Positions 51,893 to 61,731 of a stretch of DNA of 64,000 nt are shown one piece after another. Source of the DNA: Patescibacteria group bacterium (GTDB lineage: Bacteria > Patescibacteriota > Patescibacteriia > Magasanikbacterales > GWA2-37-8); the NCBI GenBank assembly GCA_041651015.1, contig JBAZKA010000001.1, positions 205,158 to 269,157 on the forward strand. The letters run 5' to 3'. The translations under genes were made by a program, and so were the position numbers. The notes under the pieces were generated by a model. That model saw only the letters and a list, made by a program, of their open reading frames with translations. It had not been told where the DNA came from and searched no databases. Each line of letters opens with the position of its first letter. Position 1 is the first letter of the stretch.

Positions 51893-52417
51893 TTATTTAA
51901 AATTTTGGATCACGCTCTTCATCAGTTTTAAACCTTCTGGAATAAAGGGTGAAATCAGAACCACCACGTAATTTAGCAGGCCGACCATTTTGGACTGTTC
52001 AATCAAGGTCATAACGTTTGTAGCAATGGGATATCGCGCCACCACGTATAAAATTGACGCGCAAATTAATACGCCTTGCAAAATGCCAAAAGCTAAACCC
52101 GCAAAACGATTCACCAGCGATATAAAAGGTAAACGCGCCACTAAATCTAATAATTTTATAATCAGTCGCCCGATTAAGCCCACCGCAATACTAATTAAAA
52201 TAAATCCAATGACAAAAGCCCAAAATTGCGCAGAATTTCCATCCCAACCCGTCACTTTGATTATCCACTCGCCGACCGGACTGTAAAATCTATAAGCAAG
52301 ATACAAACCCACTACATTGCACAATAAGTATCCAACGGTGCGGACAAAACCAAAGAAAAAACCGGCGCCGGCAAACAAAAGGATGACCGCGATGATAATT
52401 ATATCAACAATATTCAT
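51893..52417 (-). CDS. CvpA family membrane protein
   Basis: MNIVDIII..GFFFGFV, NRFAGLAFG. Start set at ATG 52417. Confidence 0.8.
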   Translation of the reverse strand: MNIVDIIIIAVILLFAGAGFFFGFVRTVGYLLCNVVGLYLAYRFYSPVGEWIIKVTGWDGNSAQFWAFVIGFILISIAVGLIGRLIIKLLDLVARLPFISLVNRFAGLAFGILQGVLICASILYVVARYPIATNVMTLIEQSKMVGLLNYVVVLISPFIPEGLKLMKSVIQNFK

Positions 52418-52418
52418 A

Positions 52419-52521
52419 TTTACCCCAGTTAAATTATAAATTATTAATATTTTCTGCAATTAAATCTCGGTAAATGCAACTTTTTTTCACCCTCAATTTA
52501 TGAAGTATTTAACGGGGTGAA
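52419..52521. repeat. MITE-like element with CCCC(A)GTTAAAT termini overlapping the metG stop
   Basis: TTTACCCCAGTTAAAT (52419) and ATTTAACGGGGTGAA (52507-52521) are imperfect inverted repeats. Confidence 0.55.
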
Positions 52522-54041
52522 TTTTCTAAACGGGGAAATAAAGGCTCCCCTTTTTGAATTTTTTGTCCGGCCGTATCGCGCCATTCTTTTAATTCATTCA
52601 GATTTAATTTAAATTCCGCTTCCGCACTCAAGCCGATCTGCGTCAGAATTTTTTCCGATGTCTCGGGCATGACTGGATACAGCATGACGGCGATATGGCG
52701 CAAGGCTTCGGTTAAATCGCCAAGAAGAATTTTTACTTCATCCATTTTACCTGCCTTGGCCATGGCCCACGGTTGTTTCTCGGAAATTTGCTGATCGCAA
52801 AACGTCACCAGCTTGAATACATCTTCCAAAGCATGGTCAAAACGCCATTTATCCATTTGCGTTTCATATTCATCCCAAGTACTTACCGTGTATTTTTTGA
52901 TCCCACTATCATGCGCGACAGGCACAATTGAATCGCAATATTTTTCAATCATCACAATGATGCGGTTGGTCAAATTGCCCAAACCATTGGCCAGATCACC
53001 GTTAAACCGGTCGCGGAATTTTTGTTCGGAATAATCGCCGTCATCATCAAAGGGAATTTCACGGCTAAAAAAATACCTAACCGATTCCAGCGGATATTCG
53101 TCAATCAAAGTTAGGGGGTTTATCACATTGCCCAAAGACTTACTCATCTTTTGTCCACTAACCGTAATCCATCCGTGCACAATAATCTGTTTGGGCAAAG
53201 GCAATCCGGCCGAAAGTAACATGGCCGGCCAAAGTAAAGAATGAAAACGGTTTATTTCCTTGCCAATGACATGCGCGTCAGCCGGCCAAAATTTATCGTA
53301 TAAATCCGTATCGTCAGTGCCATAGCCGAGCGCGGTAATGTAATTGGTCAAAGCGTCAAACCAAACATACATTACCTGGCTATCGTCGCCTGGCACCGGA
53401 ACACCCCAAGTAAGTTTTTCTTTGGAACGCGAAACACTAATGTCCTCCAGCCCGTCTTTCAGAATGTTTCTCATTTCATTGTAACGATTTGAAGGGTAGA
53501 CAAAATCTTTTTGCGAATCAAACAATTTTTCCAATTGCTGTTGATATTTGGATAATTTGAAAAAATAATTTTCTTCCACCAAAACTTCCGGTTCTTTATT
53601 GTGGTCCGGACATTTACCGTCAACCAAATCTTTTTCGGTTTTAAACGCTTCACAACCCACACAATACAAACCCGAGTATTGTTTTTTGTAAATATCACCG
53701 GCCGCGAGCGATGCTTGCCAAAATTTCTGCGCGCGTTCCATGTGGCGTGGTTCAGTGGTGCGGATAAAATCGTCATTGGTGATATTCCAACGGTCAGCCA
53801 ATAGCTGAAATTGGGCTGATTTCTCGGCCGAGTAATCAGCCACGTCTCGGCCGGCGTCTTTGGCCGTGCGCAACATTTTCTGGCCATGCTCATCTGTGCC
53901 GGTTAAAAAATACACTTCCTTGCCTTGCAGGCGCTGATAGCGCGCCATCACATCAGCACAAAGAATTTCATAAGCAAACCCGATGTGCGGGTCGGAATTG
54001 GCGTAGGGTATGGCGGTGGTGAGATAGTATTTATTTGACAT
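52509..54041 (-). CDS. metG: Methionine--tRNA ligase
   Basis: TTAIPYAN..HIGF, GTDEHG, YVWFDAL, KMSKS. Start set at ATG 54041. Confidence 0.95.
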   Translation of the reverse strand: MSNKYYLTTAIPYANSDPHIGFAYEILCADVMARYQRLQGKEVYFLTGTDEHGQKMLRTAKDAGRDVADYSAEKSAQFQLLADRWNITNDDFIRTTEPRHMERAQKFWQASLAAGDIYKKQYSGLYCVGCEAFKTEKDLVDGKCPDHNKEPEVLVEENYFFKLSKYQQQLEKLFDSQKDFVYPSNRYNEMRNILKDGLEDISVSRSKEKLTWGVPVPGDDSQVMYVWFDALTNYITALGYGTDDTDLYDKFWPADAHVIGKEINRFHSLLWPAMLLSAGLPLPKQIIVHGWITVSGQKMSKSLGNVINPLTLIDEYPLESVRYFFSREIPFDDDGDYSEQKFRDRFNGDLANGLGNLTNRIIVMIEKYCDSIVPVAHDSGIKKYTVSTWDEYETQMDKWRFDHALEDVFKLVTFCDQQISEKQPWAMAKAGKMDEVKILLGDLTEALRHIAVMLYPVMPETSEKILTQIGLSAEAEFKLNLNELKEWRDTAGQKIQKGEPLFPRLENSPR

Positions 54042-54483
54042 AATTTTCAAGCAATTTTTTATATTCAAATCCTTTTATGATCATTCTTTTGGCACACGGC
54101 CACACAAAATTATATTTATCCAGCTTGTTTATAGTCACCCATTGTAATTCGATATGTTCTTCGCTTAATGTGATTTCATCATTATCATTCACAATCAAAT
54201 TTGCCACGCCCAACACGCAATCTTTTGTGATTCTGGTTTTGCCGACATGGTCATAATCCACAACACCTAAAATTTTTACATCACGCAAATTTAATTCTTC
54301 AAGCAGTTCCCGCCTGAAAGCTGGCTCGCAGTTACCACTAATCATGGTTTCATCCTTGTCTATTCTTCCGCCGGGCAAAACCCATTCATTATCGCGATCG
54401 GCACATTTTAAAATCAGACATTTATCATTTCTGATCAATATCGCGACTTGGCTAATCTGAAACAATTCGTGAGATTGGGGCAT
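54031..54483 (-). CDS. NUDIX hydrolase
   Basis: WVLPGG...RRELLEE Nudix box, with a short insertion. Confidence 0.85.
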   Translation of the reverse strand: MPQSHELFQISQVAILIRNDKCLILKCADRDNEWVLPGGRIDKDETMISGNCEPAFRRELLEELNLRDVKILGVVDYDHVGKTRITKDCVLGVANLIVNDNDEITLSEEHIELQWVTINKLDKYNFVWPCAKRMIIKGFEYKKLLENYVK

Positions 54484-54486
54484 AAT

Positions 54487-55158
54487 TTATCTTGCATTTA
54501 TCACAACAACAAACTCCCCTCTTTCGTCTTTCATATTTTGGATTATTTCATCAATTGTTCCGCGATAAAACGTTTCAAACATTTTGGTAATTTCACGACC
54601 GACTAAAATTTGGCGTTTGGCCGGTACAAATGTTTTCAAATCATTTAAACATTTCATAATTCTGTGGCCTGATTCATAAAATACCACGGTTTCTTCGCTC
54701 TCAGCCACCTCCTTAAAATACTTTTGGCGTTTATTTTTATGCGGAGGAAATCCTAAAAATTTATATCGGTCGGTCGGAAAACCCGAAACAGATAAAGCGG
54801 CAATCGCAGCACACGCACCAGGAATAGGGACGATCTCCGGCGAATTGCTTTTGCACAGCTCGGCAATTAATAAATTTCCCGGATCGGAAATGCCTGGAGT
54901 GCCGGCATCAGTCACCAAAGCTAAATTCTTGCCGTCTGCCAGCATCTGTTTTATTTCATTTATCTTTTTCGCGTCGCTATGATGATGGTAGCTGATTGTC
55001 GGCTTGGAAATCTCATACCGGTCCAGCAACTTTTTGGCCACGCGGGTATCTTCGCATAAAATAAAATCCACGCTTTTTAGTGTTTCCAAAGCGCGTAAAG
55101 TTACATCGCCCATATTACCAATGGGTGTGGCGACTATATAGAGTTTTCCAATGGACAT
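54487..55158 (-). CDS. rsmI: 16S rRNA C1402 2'-O-methyltransferase
   Basis: VATPIGN, CEDTR, DAGTPGISDPG, REITKMFE. Confidence 0.95.
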   Translation of the reverse strand: MSIGKLYIVATPIGNMGDVTLRALETLKSVDFILCEDTRVAKKLLDRYEISKPTISYHHHSDAKKINEIKQMLADGKNLALVTDAGTPGISDPGNLLIAELCKSNSPEIVPIPGACAAIAALSVSGFPTDRYKFLGFPPHKNKRQKYFKEVAESEETVVFYESGHRIMKCLNDLKTFVPAKRQILVGREITKMFETFYRGTIDEIIQNMKDERGEFVVVINAR

Positions 55159-55198
55159 ATTGTCAGTATTTTATCAATATATACCCAAAATTGCAAAT

Positions 55199-55224
55199 TA
55201 AAAAACCGAGCTCACTGGCTCGGT
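55199..55224 (-). terminator. Rho-independent terminator of ORFan cassette 3
   Basis: Minus strand ACCGAGC-CAGTGA-GCTCGGT-TTTTT. Confidence 0.75.
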
Positions 55225-55248
55225 CGCCGATGCGAACCGCCGAGGTTT

Positions 55249-55410
55249 CTACCGCGCGTTGACGAATTTTTCGACATCACCATCAAGCACGCGATGAAAA
55301 TCCGCCACCGATTCAGGAGAAAGATCAGCGTCGTCGTCTATATGCATGAGGGGCATCCTTTGTAGTAGTTTCTCCAGCGGAGTCGGGTCATTTGTTTCTT
55401 TCGTCGTCAT
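55249..55410 (-). CDS. Small hypothetical protein (53 aa; absent from the ORF track)
   Basis: MTTKETNDPTPLEKLLQRMPLMHIDDDADLSPESVADFHRVLDGDVEKFVNAR*; ATGA overlap with the upstream ORF; ends before the terminator. Confidence 0.6.
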   Translation of the reverse strand: MTTKETNDPTPLEKLLQRMPLMHIDDDADLSPESVADFHRVLDGDVEKFVNAR

Positions 55411-55592
55411 TGTATTTTCCCTTCGGACATCCTTACTGCTGGACCCGCAGCACAGACCGCGTCAAATCTATTCAGCAACTCGACCAATTCTTCAAAGGTC
55501 AACATCCCCTCATCACGACCCATCCATGTGGTCACCGAGCCGACACGTTGTCTAAATTCCGATTCCGCTGCCGACGTACCCTCTTTATCCAT
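55407..55592 (-). CDS. Small hypothetical protein (61 aa)
   Basis: GAGGAGG SD (55598-55604); promoter TTGCAC-N17-TAAATT at 55629-55657. Confidence 0.6.
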   Translation of the reverse strand: MDKEGTSAAESEFRQRVGSVTTWMGRDEGMLTFEELVELLNRFDAVCAAGPAVRMSEGKIQ

Positions 55593-55648
55593 GTTTTCCT
55601 CCTCATTGTTGAATGAACGATTTGATGTAATTTATCACAAACGTTAAT

Positions 55649-57112
55649 TTAGTGCAAATGTTGTAAAAAATTTAATATTTCCACCATGGCCATTGTATCC
55701 AAACCGCAATAATCAGTCATGTCTTTGTAAAGTTTATCCTTGTCTTTTTTACTGATACCTGGATCAATCAATGTCTTCCAACTGTCAGAAGCTGTCCCAC
55801 CTTCCTGAATATTTAAATCCTTATAGGATAATTTTGGGACCAATACCGGTAAAACCTTTTTAATTGAAGCGCTCCCGTGAAAATTTTTGTGGACATAATA
55901 GCCTTTACGGAAAATCAACATCAAATCATACATGGAATCGTTGACTGATTTTAGGAAACTAACATATTTTGAAGAACGCTTGGCCATTTCACTATTACAG
56001 CCTTTTTCAAATATTGCATTCCATGTTATCACTGTTCCTTTACACGTTATAAACGACTTAAGACTTTTGAGCAGGTCTTCCGTCGGATCCTTGAAGTCTT
56101 TGGCCAGAAATTCATAATGTTTCAGCTTGCCGCACGGCTTTTCCTGAACGTGCAGGGAAAACTGAAAGACAATGCGTTGGTAAGGTTTGTAGCCGTCAAA
56201 AAGAGGGATAGCGGGGCTGAATGTCTCGTAATCAAGAAAATAGAGCGGGTATTTGAGATTGTTTAGGTCTTCTTTGATTTTATCAGATTCAATATGGACT
56301 TTATTATGTTTAACCACATGACGATGCATCAAGGCTCGGTCTCTGTTTAAAAAATCCTCAGGTATATCTTTTATTTCCAGAATATCTTGATCCAAAAGCT
56401 CATTCAGCTTTTTCTCGCTTAAACCGCAAGCAATGTCATAGATGGAATCAACGGGTATTTTTTTCCAACAGTAATCAATAAATGGACATTCATAGGGGCT
56501 ATTGCATTGCTTTAAGATTCTTATTTGCGGTTCTTTGGGAGACTTGGTAAGTTTCAAAGCTGATACAATATTCAATTTGGTTTCGCTGATTATATTTCTG
56601 ACATCCGAAGTTATATCCTCAATTTTGAATAATTTTTTGGGGTCAACCTGACCCATTCTGACATAGTCTGTATTTATAACAACTAAATATGTTTTACCAA
56701 TCTGATAACCCGCAGATTCAAAGCAAATTTTTTGAAAAGATAAATCAACAATATGAATATCTTTAACTTGGGTTGAACTTTTTACTTCGTAAATATCCCA
56801 CTTATCACCGTTCTTAACAAAAATATCAGCCATGGCATAAAGGCTTTTGGCCATGGCGGTAGCTTGAAAAATAACCTCGTTGCCGTCTTTGATCAGCTTG
56901 TCAGTATTATTTTTAGCAGTTTCATAAAGTCCCTCGGCTTTAACGCCTTTGGGAAATAATTTTCGGGCATAATCCTCAACTTCATAGCCCTCGTCAAAAA
57001 TCCCTTGCAACGATTCGCCGGTTTCTTCAGGCAACAAATCACGGCGGAATTTATACAGCCAGAGGTATTTGCAACATTGAATATATTTTAGGAATTGAGA
57101 CTTGGATAACAT
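55649..57112 (-). CDS. DUF2779 domain protein (Cas4-like PD-(D/E)xK nuclease + RNase H-like domain)
   Basis: LSKS...QC..YLWL, ADIF...YEVKSST, CxxPYECPFxxYC, LDYETF...FQFSLH, YCGLDT. Confidence 0.8.
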   Translation of the reverse strand: MLSKSQFLKYIQCCKYLWLYKFRRDLLPEETGESLQGIFDEGYEVEDYARKLFPKGVKAEGLYETAKNNTDKLIKDGNEVIFQATAMAKSLYAMADIFVKNGDKWDIYEVKSSTQVKDIHIVDLSFQKICFESAGYQIGKTYLVVINTDYVRMGQVDPKKLFKIEDITSDVRNIISETKLNIVSALKLTKSPKEPQIRILKQCNSPYECPFIDYCWKKIPVDSIYDIACGLSEKKLNELLDQDILEIKDIPEDFLNRDRALMHRHVVKHNKVHIESDKIKEDLNNLKYPLYFLDYETFSPAIPLFDGYKPYQRIVFQFSLHVQEKPCGKLKHYEFLAKDFKDPTEDLLKSLKSFITCKGTVITWNAIFEKGCNSEMAKRSSKYVSFLKSVNDSMYDLMLIFRKGYYVHKNFHGSASIKKVLPVLVPKLSYKDLNIQEGGTASDSWKTLIDPGISKKDKDKLYKDMTDYCGLDTMAMVEILNFLQHLH

Positions 57113-57123
57113 GAAATTATGAT

Positions 57124-59796
57124 CTAATTATGCCGATCAAGAACCTCCTTAACAATTTCTCGGTATTTATCAACGATACAATAATCATCCTTCAATTCGC
57201 CGATTCCTCCGTCAGTTTTGAAACTAACAATCTGTCTTAAATGGTCGCTATCTCTTTTGGTTATGAATTGGGATATATTGCTTAAATATCTGCCAGCTTG
57301 GCCATCATCATCTCCAACACCTTTTTGAAATAATTTTCCCTTAATTTCTTCGCGAGAAAAAGTCCTTGATTCTGAAAGCAATATTTCTAAAAATTTAATT
57401 AATCGCGGGGTTAGAGTAGTATCTCGAGATAATGTTTCTTGAAGTAAGCCTTCTAACTCTTTATCAGAATAGTTGCCCCTATCTAAAGAAAAAGTATTTC
57501 TTTCATTTTCAAATTCATCCGATGAATGATCGTCTTTTATTTCCAATAGCATTATATATGCCTTCGCCAGATCATCCTCAATAGACTTTGTGTTATTGAA
57601 GTCGACCTTCTTGAAAAGGAGAGAATATCTATCATTATATGTCCAATCTGAAAATTCCCGTTTATCTCTTATAAAATTTATCACTGATGCATACCGATTA
57701 TCCATGACCTGAATATGCAAAATAATAGCTAACTCTTTTAAAAAATATGTTGATTTACTGAAATAAATACAAGGCACATAAGTCTTTTCGGCATATTTAT
57801 CGTCGCCGTATAATTCTTTGCTGCCATAAAAATTATAATAATCTTCTTTGCAGCGACCCCAAGCAGTAGTTTTCTCTTCTACATCTACATCATCAGCGCG
57901 GTCAAGAAATTTAGTTTTCATTTTTTCTTCTAAATTTAGCTTATATTGGTCGATAAGCGTCAATTCTTCTTCAGTAAACTCATTTTCATTATTATCGCTT
58001 TCTTCCGCGATAGAGATAACTTCCTCATTTTTAATATCACCATCCGTAATTTGCCAAACTTCTTTCAATTTATCAATAATTGATTTCTGCCTTTCTTTAA
58101 TTGCAAGCGGCGTCCATTCTTTATATTTGCTTAATTCTTGGGTCATATTAAAGGCAGACTGTCTGTCTTTGAGTGTTTCGCCCGAATAGATTTTGAGTTT
58201 TTCGTCATAAGGTTTATTTGAGGCAGTTTGATTCTTTGATTTATTCTTTTCTTTTACCCCGCCAATGAGGAGAGTAAGGTTGCCTATGGTATTCACCAGC
58301 TTTAACTGTTCACCTACAGTAAATCTGTCCGTCCAATATTTAGCAGTCATTGTCTGTGGTAAAATATGCTCAATTTGAGTACAATTAAAATCAATGCTTT
58401 TCTCCACTGAATCATCCGTTAATAAATACTCGTATTTTGACAAGGCGTATCTGCACCATGATTGGCCATAACAATCTCCTTGTATTGAGTCCATGAAACG
58501 CATCAGAACCCCACTCCTGCGAATAGTATCATCTATATATTCTTTAATTTCAGCGATTGATTTGTTTTTATTTACATAGTCTCTAATTAGAGCCAGTGTC
58601 GGGTTTTTTATCTTAGCAACATTATAGCCGGCGATCCAAAATAAAGCATACATTTTTTCTAATGCAAATATCAATTCCTCAAAATCAGACTTGGAATAAT
58701 TATTTCTGCGGGCTGATATTAACACAGGCAACCATTCCCAATGGTTAATATACCAAAGAAGTTTAAGATTGTTTTTTGCCTCATTTGATAATTCGTCAAA
58801 CTTTTTCCCTTTTATTAAAGAAGCATAACAATCAGCTGAGGATTTCCATTCTCTAATAAAATCCTCGGAAAGCAAATTTTTACTTTTGATATAGTTGATA
58901 ATTTCTTTATATAGATTTTTTTTGGGCTTAACCCCAATCATCGCCGTCCAGTGGTGTCGCAGTAGCTCCTGCATTTCGATGTCCTCACCGGCGATACCTT
59001 TTATGTACTTGTAGCCTTCAAGAAGCACCTGCTTTTCTATCTCAAAATCCTTTTCCGATTTTGGATTTAGGCGATTATGTTTTTTAATTTCCTCCTGCAA
59101 TCTTTTAAGTAAAAAATTCTTCAGCAATTCGTCGGTTTCCAACCCTTCACCACGCTGGTTAATTGTTTCAAAAATTGTATAAGCGGACGATAAATCCTCT
59201 GCTATTATATTAACAACCAAAGTTTTATCCATGAAATAATTGTACAGACTCTCCAAATAATGTATTGCGTCCTTTTCATTGTTTACAAGTTCACTTTCCT
59301 TATTATTAATATTTTCCTGCAAGTATTGGATGGCATTAATATAATGAAGAGCCAACGAAGTATTTTTTATATCGCGCAAAGCACCAATTTTCTTTAATAC
59401 GTAATTTTCAAAATCTGATCTATCCTCTGGGCGTATCTGAAGACGAAATTTACCGTCCTTACAGATAAACTCATCGTGAATTTTTTCAGATAGACCGGCT
59501 CTTCCGTGCTCGGCAAAATAATCTCTTAACACTGCTAAAAAAATAGTGATTGTTGTTAATCTTTGCTGGCCGTCGACTAGCTCAAAATCATTATTGTCTT
59601 GTTTTTTTATAAGGATCATCGACCCAAGAAAATAATTTTCCTCATTATTATCATAGGCCGTTGTTATATCATTCCAAAAATCATCAATATTTTCTTTTCC
59701 CCACCTGTAAGGCCTTTGATAATCTGGAATGCTAAAATAGCTATCTTGGTCACCGATTAAACTTTTGATATTCTTTTCTAAGGGTTGAATCTTCAT
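57124..59796 (-). CDS. GmrSD-like DUF262 + DUF1524 restriction endonuclease with long C-terminal extension
   Basis: IPDYQRPYRW, VDGQQRLTT, IFETINQRG (DUF262); IEHILPQ, IGNLTLL, N..ASNK (DUF1524 HNH). Start set at ATG 59796. Confidence 0.85.
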   Translation of the reverse strand: MKIQPLEKNIKSLIGDQDSYFSIPDYQRPYRWGKENIDDFWNDITTAYDNNEENYFLGSMILIKKQDNNDFELVDGQQRLTTITIFLAVLRDYFAEHGRAGLSEKIHDEFICKDGKFRLQIRPEDRSDFENYVLKKIGALRDIKNTSLALHYINAIQYLQENINNKESELVNNEKDAIHYLESLYNYFMDKTLVVNIIAEDLSSAYTIFETINQRGEGLETDELLKNFLLKRLQEEIKKHNRLNPKSEKDFEIEKQVLLEGYKYIKGIAGEDIEMQELLRHHWTAMIGVKPKKNLYKEIINYIKSKNLLSEDFIREWKSSADCYASLIKGKKFDELSNEAKNNLKLLWYINHWEWLPVLISARRNNYSKSDFEELIFALEKMYALFWIAGYNVAKIKNPTLALIRDYVNKNKSIAEIKEYIDDTIRRSGVLMRFMDSIQGDCYGQSWCRYALSKYEYLLTDDSVEKSIDFNCTQIEHILPQTMTAKYWTDRFTVGEQLKLVNTIGNLTLLIGGVKEKNKSKNQTASNKPYDEKLKIYSGETLKDRQSAFNMTQELSKYKEWTPLAIKERQKSIIDKLKEVWQITDGDIKNEEVISIAEESDNNENEFTEEELTLIDQYKLNLEEKMKTKFLDRADDVDVEEKTTAWGRCKEDYYNFYGSKELYGDDKYAEKTYVPCIYFSKSTYFLKELAIILHIQVMDNRYASVINFIRDKREFSDWTYNDRYSLLFKKVDFNNTKSIEDDLAKAYIMLLEIKDDHSSDEFENERNTFSLDRGNYSDKELEGLLQETLSRDTTLTPRLIKFLEILLSESRTFSREEIKGKLFQKGVGDDDGQAGRYLSNISQFITKRDSDHLRQIVSFKTDGGIGELKDDYCIVDKYREIVKEVLDRHN

Positions 59797-59822
59797 ACGA
59801 AATTCCAGATAATTTATAAGTA

Positions 59823-60764
59823 TCAAACCTTGTCCTTCCCTGTCTTGTGCATTTTCAATTCCTTTACAGAAAGCCAAAAAAACAACCCAACTACGATAAA
59901 AGTAATCAACGGCGGGACAAATGATTGCACGTGCACGCTCAAACTCTCGGCCATCATAATCGCGCCAAGCGAGGCAATGGAATACATGGCGCCGTTTTTA
60001 AGATAACGGTATTTTTTGATTGTGTTTATACCCTTAACTGTCACATACCGCACCACAAACGCGCCAATACCATTACCAATGATAATAAGCGGAACCGACA
60101 GAGTAAACGCGAACGCACCAAGCACACCATCAATAGAAAAAGTGGTGTCAATCAATTCCAGGTAAAGAATTTTGGCAATATCAGACATTCGTCCGCCACC
60201 GGTCAATTCTTTTTCTTTTTCTTCGGCATTATTTTTAAATCCCGAAGTTATAAAAAAAGCGGATGAGCCAATCACCGCGCCAAGTGCAATCATAGGGTTA
60301 ATTTTAATCGTCGCCCAGACAAAAGCCAATAAAATTATTGAGGCGGCGGCATAAAACCAAAAATATAATTTTTGATGGACATGTCGTTCAATGAAAAAAG
60401 CGTAATCCTTTTTTTCGGTAAACAACCAATGCAAAAATAAAAACACCAGATACAAACCACCGCCGCCAAGAAGTATGGGTTTGCTTGCCTCAATTGCGTC
60501 TTTTATCATCGGGTCTGAGCTAAATGTGGCGGTTAGCGCGCCCCAAAGACCAAGATTCGTATTGGTGAAGTAGACGATCAAAAGCGGTAAAAGTCCGCGG
60601 ACTACAAATACGGCGATAATAATACCGTAAAACAAAAACCAACGCCGGGCCTTGGCCGACATAGTGGACAAAACATCCGCGTTTACGACGGCATTGTCTA
60701 TACTTGATATTACCTCAAACAAGGTCAAGCCTAGAACGATAACGATTATTTCATTGATACCCAT
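59823..60764 (-). CDS. DUF475 / TerC-superfamily membrane protein
   Basis: FEVISSIDNAVVNA, YLELIDTTFSIDGVLGAFAF, YLKNGAMYSI. Confidence 0.85.
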   Translation of the reverse strand: MGINEIIVIVLGLTLFEVISSIDNAVVNADVLSTMSAKARRWFLFYGIIIAVFVVRGLLPLLIVYFTNTNLGLWGALTATFSSDPMIKDAIEASKPILLGGGGLYLVFLFLHWLFTEKKDYAFFIERHVHQKLYFWFYAAASIILLAFVWATIKINPMIALGAVIGSSAFFITSGFKNNAEEKEKELTGGGRMSDIAKILYLELIDTTFSIDGVLGAFAFTLSVPLIIIGNGIGAFVVRYVTVKGINTIKKYRYLKNGAMYSIASLGAIMMAESLSVHVQSFVPPLITFIVVGLFFWLSVKELKMHKTGKDKV

Positions 60765-60830
60765 ATTTATGAAAAAGTTAGAATGAAATAATTATATCGC
60801 AAATTCGGAAATAAATAAAGAATAAATAAC

Positions 60831-60855
60831 AAAAGCGCGCTTTCGCGCGCTTTTT
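60831..60855. terminator. Terminator after ferredoxin
   Basis: AAAAGCGCGC-TTTC-GCGCGCTTTT. Confidence 0.75.
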
Positions 60856-60865
60856 GAAAATTGCC

Positions 60866-61048
60866 TTATTCCAACGTAATCGCTTGCACTGGGCAAGAAT
60901 CGGCCGCCTGCTTAATCGTTGCTTCGTCGTCACCGGTGGGATTAACGACCTCTGATTTTCCGTCATCACCCATTTTAAACGTATTCGACGCGATTGAGGC
61001 GCAGGCGCCACAACCCAAACATTTTTCTTTGTCCACTTTTGGTGTCAT
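60866..61048 (-). CDS. Monocluster ferredoxin
   Basis: CLGCGAC...CPVQAI. Confidence 0.9.
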   Translation of the reverse strand: MTPKVDKEKCLGCGACASIASNTFKMGDDGKSEVVNPTGDDEATIKQAADSCPVQAITLE

Positions 61049-61059
61049 AGAATATATTA

Positions 61060-61731
61060 TTAATTACCAAAATATTTTTCAAAATAAAAACGAATTAGTT
61101 CTTCAATCGCCGCGCGCGACTCGGGCTTAGCCGCGCCGACTTTCAACTTTTTTTGCACGTCTTCAATGGTTTGTGCCCCTTCCAGCACCGCTTCTTCAAT
61201 ATCATGGTCTGTTATATTTAAATCCTTGTCAATAATCTTGGCGCCGGACACAAATATACGCTTATGTTGATTGGTTGAACGGAAATAATCGTTAATCGCC
61301 GCCTGCAGGGCTTTATCGCCCAAAACCGAACAGTGAATTTTGCGATCGGGCAATCCGCCAAGGCGCGCCAAAATATCTTTTGGCGTTAATTTTAAGGCAT
61401 CGTCAATTTTCATCCCGCCGTTCTCTTTTATCATTTCACTCATCACGGAAGTGGAGGCGATGGCCGAACCGCAACCAAACGTGCGCCAACGGCAATCTTT
61501 AATTTTTTCCATCTTTGGGTCAATCTTCAGCCAAATTACCATTTCGTCCCCGCAGGCCGGCGAACCCACGCGGCCAGAGGCGTTAAATTTAAATTTCTTT
61601 TCCTCTTCGTAACGCATGAAGTTTTTCGGATTGAAAAAGTGTTCCTTTACGATATCCGAATACAACCAACTCTGCCCGTCGTTTCCACGGACGTCGGCAG
61701 TTTTCGTTTTTTTAATTATTTTTTTCGGCAT
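61060..61731 (-). CDS. NifU/IscU Fe-S scaffold with a BFD-like C-terminal domain
   Basis: YSDIVKEHFFNPKN, SPACGD, TFGCGSAIAS, KIHCS. Confidence 0.9.
   Translation of the reverse strand: MPKKIIKKTKTADVRGNDGQSWLYSDIVKEHFFNPKNFMRYEEEKKFKFNASGRVGSPACGDEMVIWLKIDPKMEKIKDCRWRTFGCGSAIASTSVMSEMIKENGGMKIDDALKLTPKDILARLGGLPDRKIHCSVLGDKALQAAINDYFRSTNQHKRIFVSGAKIIDKDLNITDHDIEEAVLEGAQTIEDVQKKLKVGAAKPESRAAIEELIRFYFEKYFGN

Noticed and set aside
59797-59877. 27-aa N-terminal extension of GmrSD
   Set aside because: Overlaps the DUF475 3' end; the DUF262 domain starts right after ATG 59796.
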